A stretch of DNA of 64,000 bases from Lingula anatina (Eukaryota; Animalia; Brachiopoda), in NCBI GenBank assembly GCA_051362555.1, contig CM120640.1:57700788-57764787 (forward strand), written 5' to 3'. The notes under the pieces are model-generated. The model was not told the DNA's origin. It saw nothing but the letters and a program-made list of their open reading frames with translations, and made no database searches. A program made the position numbers and the translations under genes. Positions 38,350 to 44,288 of the stretch are shown piece after piece; within the stretch, counting starts at the first letter, position 1, and each line of letters begins with the position of its first letter.

Positions 38350-41300
38350 CATTTCGAATACACGCATCAGAATGAAACATCATATCGACCTTTACGCCTA
38401 ATTTCCACATCCAACCAGAACTGAAACATGTTTGGATACAATGTACCATGAAGTGGTAATATACTACGAAGTCTCCTAAGGGTCCTTATTTTTTAACCAA
38501 TGAAGTCGCCTTCTATCATGAAGTAGTAATTCTTATCCTATGAAGTGGTAATATACCACGAAGTATCTTAACAGACGTTCAACTGGCGTGAAAAGTATTT
38601 AATCAATAAATCGTCTACACTGACCATGCGCGTCTCAGCTGAGCCACACGTAGCTGGACCTGCTGCAGAAAAAAGGTCCCAAGGCAAAACCTCTACTTTG
38701 AAGTGACATTTCTGATAAACAAGGAGCGTCGGACCGGAATATAGTCAAACTAATTTTTTACAAGTGCAAAGGAGAAAGATATTTATTTTTTGGTGATATT
38801 TCTGACAACGAGGCAGTTTCGGAATATAGTTAAAATCAAACGAATGTTTATTTCAAGATCCCGGGAGTAATAATGCTACGTTTTGGTGACATTTTTTACT
38901 ACGAGGCGGTTTCGGAATATACGTGTGCTGGTTTCAGAGCATGGAGCATACTACATGTAATTACAAGTTCAAAGGGGGAAAATATTTGATTTTTACCGAT
39001 ATATCTGATAAAGAGGAAGAATGAACAGTTTAAAAACAAAAGGTAAATAACACAACCCTCGTTAAAAAGTTATAGATTTACAAGTAATTTGTACGCACGT
39101 GTGGCTTAAATGTAAACTAAATCCCGTTTTCAAACCATATCCATATGATAATGTAATAAAATTATAAAAAATAATTGTTAAACGTGAAATGTTTATGCTA
39201 ATTTTTTAAGAGTGTGAGAGATTTAAAATTTGTCTACTGGTAGGTATATAACGCAAGCAACGTCACTATTCTCGTGATGCCAAGGTCGTCTCATGATCAA
39301 TCTGTCTTTGACTTCCAGCATTTAAGAGACCTAGACTGATTTAACCAAGATGTAGTCGTGAAATTTTAGACTACATCGAGGTTAAATCCGAGTATTCCGA
39401 GAGACGCTACGCAGAAATGTCGAGTGAAGCGAGATATTTTTGGGTAGCGGCTCGAGGTTGCCCTCGATCTTCACTGAAGCTTGCCTAAATGGACAGGCTT
39501 CAGTGATCATCATATCGCCACGGTCACATAACATCCCTAGGTATGTATGTAGATTTAAACCCCGTACAAATTTTGATATTAACTTATCTTTTCAGCGTTT
39601 CTTCGATAATCATTCCTATGGAACTGCCCAGCCAAATGCCCTTTGGGAGGCAATTACCGAGGTATGACGGACAATTTATTTTTTTATTTGGAACAAGTTT
39701 AGTGAAGATACGTAGAATAGAAATGTTTAACAAAATTATGGCATAATGGTGTTTGAAGAAAAAGTTGAAAGTTATCGAACACCTCATAGCTACAGAAAAT
39801 ATTAACGGAGGTAAACATCTTGAAACACCGATTCCAAATACACCAATATCGTTCCATCTAACATTATTTTTATAATTTGATTTTTCTTCTTCAGCAAATC
39901 CGGTCTGAGGGCAAACACTTAAACGCAACACTGATTTTAACACCTTGGACGGCACAGATTGGGTACCCAGTAGTAACTGTGAATTTGGCACGGGATTCAA
40001 CCATTACAGTCACTTCATCCTCTTCTGCGGAGTCTAGCCCCGGTTTGCCCGGTCCACCTATTGGGAATGCTACTCAAGTGCATTTTGTGACAAATCCAGA
40101 CTCCGAATATGGAATGGCTGCAAAGTAGGTGTAGAACATACTTTGTTTTATTTAAAAAGGAAAACGATCATTTAACTAGTCTGATTCGTGGAAGAATGTG
40201 TTACAGTGGTATCATTTTTGTTGAGTAACAGAAAACAAAACAAAAATTGCGTGTATCAATTAATGCAAATGTCTATTATACACGTGTGAACGAAAAATGT
40301 CTCTCATATTTTTCATAATCTGTTTTAGTCCATGCAATTGCACCTTACTTCTTTTGATCGAGTGAAAAATGTGAATAACTGTACTTAGTATTTATTGTTA
40401 TTATCATTATAATTATAATAATTAATAATAATTTCTTCTTACAGCCAAGTGTGGTACATTCCCTTTACTATCACAACTTCTTCAAACCTTACCTGGGACA
40501 ACAGTGCACCGATCGTCTGGATGAACCTTAAAAACAGTAAGCGTTGGATAGAAAAACAGTGTAGATATGGGGGTACTTTCATACCTTGACTAGATTTTAA
40601 AAAGAAGGAAATATATTGCACATATATTTTAAACAATAAGAATCAATTTAAGTCTAAGTTATTGCTTAAAACTATTTTTCAGCTGCCATAACATCTTCAG
40701 CTGTGGGCACCTTGGAGAAAGGGGGCTGGGTGATTGGAAATACAGCAATGGCCGGGTTCTACCGCGTCAACTACGATTTGGAGAACTGGAATAATATCCT
40801 AAATCAACTCTTGAGTGATTATACTGTATGTTTGAATGATTTGGATAATATGAGGCCATATTAATTTAGCTTAATTTAACTTAGCATTTGAATATAAACT
40901 AATACTGCTCTTACATAGGCCTATTCCTCTTTATGATTATAGAACATTAATTGTATGTCAGCTTAATTTACTGGGTTACAAACACATTTTAAAGTTCCAT
41001 TTTACGGTTTTAAAAGTACATTTAAACTAGTAATTTGCAAAATGAAGTGTTCGTAACCAAACATACATTGTTTGTGTAACTCGATATACTCGTACCTGTA
41101 GTATAAAACGTACAAGTATTACCGAATAAGATTTAATAAGGAACAGTTAGAAATCACTTCTTATCCCTGCCATCGAACGGTTCTCTTCTTTTTTCTTTAG
41201 AAAATTCACACCATTAATAGGGGACAAGTGATGGACGACCTTTTCAATTTGTTAAGGTAGTGAATAGTTTTGTCCTTTTGGTTTACCGTGGATATTAAAA

Positions 41301-44288
41301 GAACGACAAATTAAAGTTCAAATTCGTTAATCATCAAGAAAACACATCATTTAAGGAAAATGGCGTAAATTCCAATAATATAGCTGTTTAAAATATGTAA
41401 AATAGATACAGCTCCATGAAGTAGTTGATTTGAACATTGGCCTCCTTTGGAAATAATGCGTTTCTCTGTTGCGTATCAATTAAGGAAACCATTTTAACAG
41501 TCATTGTAACATATTTCTCTGGTTTTATTGTTAGAGGAGATATCCGCCCAGTAAATATCGCCCTGGCCATGACATCAACGACATATCTCTCCAGTGAAAC
41601 AGACTACATGCCACTCTCAGTGGGCATTCGTCATCTGGAGTACATTTCTTATATGCTGGCAAGAAGTGAATTCTTCGGGATATATAGGGTTGGTCGCTTA
41701 AAATTATTGTAATAAGAACTAAATATTTTGTTTTCTGAAAAATCTTAGACGTTGTTTGGCTTTGAAAAAATGTTATTCTTATGATACATGGGTTTACTTA
41801 AGGGAAATTTTCCCAGAAATGTTTAGCGCAGATATAAATATACAATAATTATGTTGCTTTAATTTGTAGGAATATATTATTAAACTACTCACGCCTGTTT
41901 ATAACCGTATGGGTTGGACAGATACAGGAAAACAGATGGAAAGGTATAAGTTGCTATGTATTGTGTACATGATATTCAGAACTGGTTATGAAATTTAAAA
42001 AAATCATTTATAAATCAGTAATCAGTCGTCGCCAGTCTGTAACATGAAACTGGTATGTTTAAAAGGCCGTCATATTTTATCGCATGTTTTATATTTCATT
42101 TTTATTATATAGATTTGTTTTATTTTAATAAAATTTGTTTTGATATTTCATATTCAACTTGCAGATTCACGCGTATTAAGGTGCTTACGTTCATGTGTAG
42201 TCTTAACTACCGCCCATGTGTACTGAAAGGACTGGAGCTGTTTGACCAGTGGAAGGCTTCTCCAACCCCAGATCAAGTTAACCCGTAAGTCCACCTAACG
42301 TTAAAGCAATAATAACTCTTCGTTTCGGCCAAAAAATGAATTTTCCTGGAGTAAACAACAATTTTCCCATACTTACCAATGGTTAATGAATCCATTTTTA
42401 CATTCAAAGTTAGTCCCTGGTTTTTTTCTAAAAAGTTTGGTTTTTTGTTAAAATCTCTTAAGAGATTTTAACAGAGTATAGACATCAATGGAGGTCACGT
42501 GGTCTAAAGACAAGTTCAGATATCAGAATAAAAGCTATAACTGCTGTTTTTTGGTAAAACAGAATATATTATATTTCTATGAGTTATTCACAAGGTTTTT
42601 ACTGTGAAATATAGATATCATACGAAGAGTTATTATCCCTTTAATATACAGTAAATTACACCAATAGAGTAGATAGCTTTATCTCCTCCCTTGATTAAAA
42701 GACAATTATGTCATATGCAAGACAGATTTTTAAATTTCATTCGGTTTCGGTGTCACATTTTTGAGGAACAAAAAGATGTTCACATATATTAACCCATCTA
42801 GATATCAAGTGTGCGCGACTATATCTGTAAAGGGTTATAGGGAATGGGTAAATGTGAAAGAGTGATTATGCTCTGAAAATCACGCTGTTCGTAGTTATAC
42901 ATTAATTCTATTCATACAGTTTGTAGGATTCCATACATTACGACAAACACTGCATTGATCATTGTAAATATTACCTTGTCTCTTTTTAGGATCCCCGACA
43001 ACCTACGCGAGCCAGTTTACATGGCTGCTATCAAGTACGGCCCAGACTCCAACTGGGATTTCCTGTACGCAAGAAGCAGGCAGTCCAGAGTTGCCTCAGA
43101 CAGACAGAGGATGCTGCGGGCGTGTGCAAACACCAGGACACCTTGGCTAGTCAACAGGTGCGAGTTTTCTGTAGAGAAGACATTAATTCCACATTGCCTT
43201 GAAACTCAAGGAGAAACTCTGATGGCAGAAAAAAAACATTTTCGTAGTCTACATACACTGTTACATCAGCCGATAACATATTGGTTCCATGTGATTAATG
43301 ATGTAAGTTTTCCAATAAGATATGCTTACTTTCAGGTTGTTGAGATATACCTTGGACCAGACTCAGGTCCGCTATGAGGATGCGCCCACTGTGATGGCTG
43401 CGTGTGGTTTCACACCGGCCGGCAGAACCCTGGCATGGGACTGGCTGAGAGCTAACTGGCAGGCTGTTTATGACAGGTAAGCTGACCAATCTCACTTGTG
43501 TGTATAAAATCTGGGCAATTTTGTCTACAAATCATCAACTTCATCAGTTACTTTCCTGTGATAAACCTTTTTAGTAAAACCATTAGATCCACCTAAAACA
43601 TCTATTGTTGAAAGACTTCAGGATCTGCCAAGGTGTGGGAGATGAAGCGATACATATACCATTTAATCAGTTATTGCAATCCTTTATAATTTCCTTCGAT
43701 TTTCTAGGTTTGGTCAGTTATCCTACTATATGTCAGATATCATCGATAAAGTCACGATGCGATTCAATTCCCAATTTGAACTGTCGTCAGTAAGTAAACG
43801 TTTTTTTTCTTCACATTTTATTTACAGACATGATTTATTTTAAATGCCCTAAATTTTGAATAATTAAGTAATATGGAAAAATGTGTATGTCTGTCTACTG
43901 TCGACATAGAGATTTAAGCACTTAAGACTGAGTTTAAATCTTTGTGCGTGAATTGCACTCATTTTTGCTAGGGAGTACTACATGTACAACAGGTATTGGT
44001 GTGGAAGGTCTCTCAACGGTTAACTGTTTTTTTTTTCAGTTGATCGACTGGATTAATCGTCAAGAGCATTTAGGTACGGGCACACGTGCGTTTGAGCGCG
44101 CAGTGGAGAAAACACGGGCCAACATCCGATGGTTGGAAAATAACGAAGCACCCCTCGGAGAGTGGCTTAATGTTGAGAGGACGAGGCCAACTAGAGACGG
44201 GTCACCAACTAGAGACGGGTCATTGGATTCTGGGGATCACACTGGCCACGAGAACCAAACCTTTGTTGATCCATTTGCGTCAAGTTGA
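252..44288 (+). CDS. Giant multi-exon gene (5'-truncated by window): [M1 aminopeptidase C-terminal domain]-[Thr-rich linker]-[IgGFc-binding domain x2]-[mucin-like PTA region]-[inactive aminopeptidase-N module]-[inactive aminopeptidase-N module]
   Basis: 49 GT-AG exons read by eye with compatible phases, plus one inferred micro-exon. Summed length is 11,663 nt (2 nt + 3,887 codons including the TGA ending at 44288). Two module junctions lie inside single exons (7431-9398, 23014-23612). The only unresolved junction is 10986 to 12374. Confidence 0.8.
1986..3964. mobile_element. Non-autonomous DNA transposon with about 330-bp imperfect TIRs (TAGTC...GACTA) and a 3-bp TTA TSD; Academ-like by its termini
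   Basis: tagtctggatgactggtgc at 1986 is the near reverse complement of gcaccagtcatctagacta ending at 3964. Similarity extends about 330 bp. TTA occurs at 1983-1985 and 3965-3967. Superfamily assignment is inference. Confidence 0.8.
3170..3635 (+). mobile_element. Degenerate LINE (L1/Tx1-like ORF2 C-terminal) fragment inside the TIR element
   Basis: Broken frames give [27 protein letters not shown] and NFL, resembling the post-RT region of L1/Tx1 ORF2. Confidence 0.5.
5089..5765 (-). mobile_element. Degenerate RTE-like LINE fragment
   Basis: Minus strand reads [15 protein letters not shown] (RT GVRQG-LSP motif) near 5670-5720 and [20 protein letters not shown] (RTE-type C-terminal motif) near 5120-5180. 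Many disruptions. Confidence 0.65.
5852..6709. mobile_element. MITE/foldback-like element with long TIRs built from (atgaaaatctgactccc) subrepeats
   Basis: Left ccggtgtaacatgaaaatctgactc versus right gagtcagattttcatggtacgcctg. Inverted similarity continues for more than 150 bp. Confidence 0.8.
7431..9398 (+). CDS. Large exon: end of M1 module 1, Thr/Pro/Arg-rich linker and IgGFc-binding (FCGBP N-terminal-like) domain 1
   Basis: Within ORF 7494-9437. Acceptor ttctag|7431, donor 9398|gtaagt. Motifs [62 protein letters not shown] and [14 protein letters not shown] are characteristic of the IgGFc_binding domain. Confidence 0.88.
7670..7890 (+). repeat. Coding Thr-rich repeat ([10 protein letters not shown] units)
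   Basis: Repeated cctaccact units encode [16 protein letters not shown]...[12 protein letters not shown]. Confidence 0.85.
9583..10986 (+). CDS. Single-exon IgGFc-binding domain 2 (paralogue of domain 1)
   Basis: Phase-0/phase-0 exon of 1,404 nt, in frame with ORF 9637-11022. Same motif series: [69 protein letters not shown]. Confidence 0.88.
12031..12040 (+). CDS. Candidate 10-nt micro-exon (ACTATGTTTG) bridging the phase-0 donor at 10986 to the phase-1 acceptor at 12374
   Basis: Sequence reads tattttctag|ACTATGTTTG|gtaaag and restores the frame. Inference only. Confidence 0.35.
12374..14534 (+). CDS. Large exon: mucin-like Thr/Pro/Ala/Val-rich region (about 580 aa) followed by the N-terminal domain of M1 module 2
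   Basis: ORF 12316-14538 with APTVAQT repeats. From about 14155, [17 protein letters not shown]...FFGRVEI...IILHMVDL...RGLF is the M1 N-terminal domain. Donor 14534|gtgagt. Confidence 0.88.
12545..12965 (+). repeat. Coding tandem repeats: 24-nt APTVAQT units and a 60-nt higher-order unit ([20 protein letters not shown])
   Basis: The 60-nt blocks starting at 12721, 12781, 12841 and 12901 are near-identical. Confidence 0.9.
14155..23150 (+). CDS. Module 2: complete aminopeptidase-N-like unit, predicted catalytically dead
   Basis: Exons 14695-14850 ([13 protein letters not shown]), 15175-15292, 15562-15682, 15953-16104, 16270-16383, 16560-16700, 16922-16987, 17158-17226, 17510-17697, 17955-18043, 18320-18462, 18737-18792, 20465-20618, 20954-21027, 21572-21685, 21913-22080, 22268-22408, 22684-22765 and 23014 onward. 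The HEXXH position reads REITD and NEGFA reads NDGFS. Confidence 0.9.
18563..18649. mobile_element. Tiny MITE/hairpin
   Basis: Inverted pair ggctccgtatctcgaaa / tttcgagatacggggcc. Confidence 0.55.
18894..19992. mobile_element. Non-autonomous element with CCCAG...CTGGG termini, 2-bp AA TSD and subterminal tandem repeats (animal EnSpm/CACTA-like); contains a nested TIR insert at about 19362-19750
   Basis: Ends read aa|cccagcgggca ... tgcccactggg|aa. About 60-bp repeats (caatgttgatagatcaacagg...) span 18950-19290 and caacgttg palindromes lie at the right end. Nested ends are gtatgca...gtaattac and gtaattac...tgcatac. Confidence 0.8.
21110..21212. repeat. Compound microsatellite (TG)n(AG)n
   Basis: Read directly from the sequence. 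Confidence 0.95.
21253..21353. mobile_element. Small MITE/hairpin
   Basis: cgttgcggtctcaacct ... aggttgagaccgcaacg form a perfect 17-bp inverted pair. Confidence 0.55.
23233..44288 (+). CDS. Module 3: complete aminopeptidase-N-like unit, predicted catalytically dead; C-terminus of the protein
   Basis: Exons ending 23612, then 23810-23965 ([13 protein letters not shown]), 24186-24306, 24473-24593, 24877-25031, 25340-25453, 25686-25820, 26080-26145, 39596-39661, 39895-40124, 40445-40536, 40683-40825, 41201-41256, 41535-41688, 41870-41943, 42165-42284, 42990-43157, 43336-43476, 43708-43789 and 44040-44288. The HEXXH position reads NKITL and NEGFA reads NAAIA. Confidence 0.9.
26331..26982 (-). 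repeat. 3' LTR (652 bp)
   Basis: Direct repeat of 33677-34328, preceded in element sense by purine-rich GGACGGAAGG (putative PPT). Confidence 0.95.
27512..27851 (-). pseudogene. Frameshifted, truncated env-like third-ORF remnant of the Gypsy element
   Basis: Two overlapping ORFs (27654-27851, 27512-27733) join, on removal of 4 nt, into a signal-like [16 protein letters not shown] followed by [33 protein letters not shown]. The position is between pol and the 3' LTR. Confidence 0.55.
28384..32361 (-). CDS. pol: Retrotransposon Pol: protease, RT, RNase H, integrase, chromodomain; in frame with gag behind a single TGA
   Basis: LVDTGAS (protease), YIDD (RT), TDAS (RNase H), H..H..CEPC plus D-D-E (integrase), GPY, and chromodomain WFDVEKLL...[12 protein letters not shown]. 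The frame is open from 32361 to the ORF-track start at 32259 (34 codons). Confidence 0.96.
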   Translation of the reverse strand, partial: RLKARKNEKAVGTLSNSVKQNSIFISTRNCRIDTLVDTGASVSCISKDVLHKIGISLSQLAPPSHLKTIIGVGGVSQNILGVLRLQFYIGKAKFTHNFQVIPKLTRPAILGLDFLHNHGATLNLSTQELILRNPDITVPFTVSDQLGLARNTSTVTIAPHTEQLVRVHVSRVHLKPQVSTLVLLEPTNIVSTLLGASSVNALSTRYCFYRMANVTPNTITIRRNTILAKASRIDSSMVNQIDFTSSPAPPIPPPSPQNKQAALSLGIPFDLTHLSPNQQNQLLCLIGSNKDIFASDLSEIGHVPLYKHTIETDGHPPIAQRFYRASPQAKAEIDRQIDKMLRHDIIEPSTSPWSSPVVLVKKKQGDFRFAIDYRKLNAVTKTISFPLPRLEDIFDSVADSKATYFSLMDINTAFWTVGLSDDSKEKSAFVTHSGQYQFKRMAFGLKNAPSSYQYLLSNLFRHLNWKSVIIYIDDILSYSKTFEEHLLHLQEVFHILRQANLKLKPSKCTFAMPKVLYLGHYVSKQGIEVDPSKTEAVKTFPQPKNVKQVRSFLGLCNWYRRFIKGFSTIAKPLNALLQKDVKFQWSEECETAFTTLKHRLINPPILKFPDMSKPFILTTDASGHALGYILGQLDDSGRETVICYGGRSLTPAERLYPITQLECLAVLEGVRTYQTYLLNQPFVIYTDHQALKWLKQVKHTTPRLIRWALALQEYDYTIHHRPGDKNPADALSRRDYDAPVPKVTNDDTPLLGKAKDENEAPVRTIVEQPPIPSSPVHILTEIISETQPDVFSAISHSDEDSLSQLALAQRQCADCQHIISYLETDTLPSDPKLARKTVYESDQYIMDGDLLFHIYQPRSKNASLADKKIIRQLAVPTPYRDDVLHAYHDSLAAGAHFAFDRSYELIRHRFYWPRMYSEIMQYVKTCEPCQKAKRHHGQRPAPLQPLPIVGVWDRLHMDILGPLPKSKEGYKYILLVVCSFSAWPEAFPLRTQTAEEIAHVLYSEIFCRFGAPRVIVSDRGRNFTSLLIQTLSDLFHVKRSLTSAYHPASNAVVERNNQSIAQSLRIYCNEAQDNWPSILPGVMMALRATPATESTEFSPFHLMFGREMNTPLESILKPPDHLPSSVEDYIDNIQRNLETARKIAHDNRLRAQGKYTRNFDRTANPPPFHIGDRVLLKWSRVKPGKSPKLTSKFVGPYYITDRVSSYTFLLRDCKNNKAHPSPIHANRLKLYKDPQDRPLRPQQPLPIPNQADPAPAPPADEPPPVPDEWFDVEKLLKCKNIRGVKHYLVKWKGYTPTWEPHFNVAHSLIREFHIHKTLSGKSRKR
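32362..33615 (-). CDS. gag: Retrotransposon Gag (417 aa)
   Basis: PEKFTGS...WLAHF...[11 protein letters not shown] capsid-like region, [14 protein letters not shown] major-homology-like region and Zn knuckle [14 protein letters not shown]. Confidence 0.93.
   Translation of the reverse strand: MFSRPENYWSTPSANTRHKKAGESRTSIPVKEPTSPPSAHTSPTSSRSASPALSQLNDITDPTVIQPLESSVSDTESSTPADSARNSPIPPHPLPPAHADNMPADLHLMPEKFTGSTHEDYNRWLAHFKNYAAYRGLSDEQQRSAFPLLLRGAALDWYDTLPEEHRQDMTTIELAFTRRFRPTESAKWVAVSNLFHKTQSPSQPVQDYIAEMRREAARVQLPEEQAIQAILHGLLPEVRPFVAQHEPHTFEELIARARQAETAIQPSSSPSATLTALSTQLSEIKEKISQLSTSPPTPATVNPVQPTATYPQNPNFQRQPPSSNFQNAYPEYIPHGQFQQPRRYNNGPPPPRFQGRSGGRQLGRSGNRQFAMNQETPRCNGCGMSHLRKFCPASHSTCRNCGRIGHLARVCRSGRRQ
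33659..33673 (-). promoter_or_regulatory. Primer binding site, tRNA-Ala-like
   Basis: TGGTGGAGAACACGG lies 3 nt inside the 5' LTR and is complementary to a ...TTCTCCACCA tRNA 3' end, as in tRNA-Ala. The isoacceptor is inferred. Confidence 0.7.
33677..34328 (-). repeat. 5' LTR (652 bp)
   Basis: Direct repeat of 26331-26982. Element-sense ends are TATAAC...GTTACA. Contains TATAAAA and AATAAA on the minus strand. Confidence 0.95.
34627..38659. mobile_element. About 4-kb non-coding TIR element with about 125-bp near-perfect TIRs
   Basis: gtccagctacgtgtggctcagctgagacgcgcatggtcagtgtagacg... from 34627 is the reverse complement of ...cgtctacactgaccatgcgcgtctcagctgagccacacgtagctggac ending at 38659. 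Subterminal cttcat/atgaag repeats. No TSD or transposase found. Confidence 0.82.
38700..39020. repeat. Degenerate tandem repeat (about 4 copies of gtgacatttctga...cggaatata)
   Basis: Units recur near 38703, 38793, 38885 and 38997. Confidence 0.6.

Larger units (their letters stand above)
34333..39551. mobile_element. Putative hairpin-ended non-autonomous element (tentatively Crypton-like) hosting nested insertions
   Basis: 93-bp hairpin at 34345-34437 (loop region CGAGCGTTAGCGAG) and a multi-hairpin at about 39338-39510 (loop region CGAGTGAAGCGAG). acatacatacc near the left end is inverted as ggtatgtatgt at the right end. Boundaries and family are uncertain. Confidence 0.45.

Noticed and set aside
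14155-44288. Modules 2 and 3 as decayed pseudogenes
   Set aside because: No stops or frameshifts across 38 exons and intact splice sites; the losses concentrate on the catalytic motifs.
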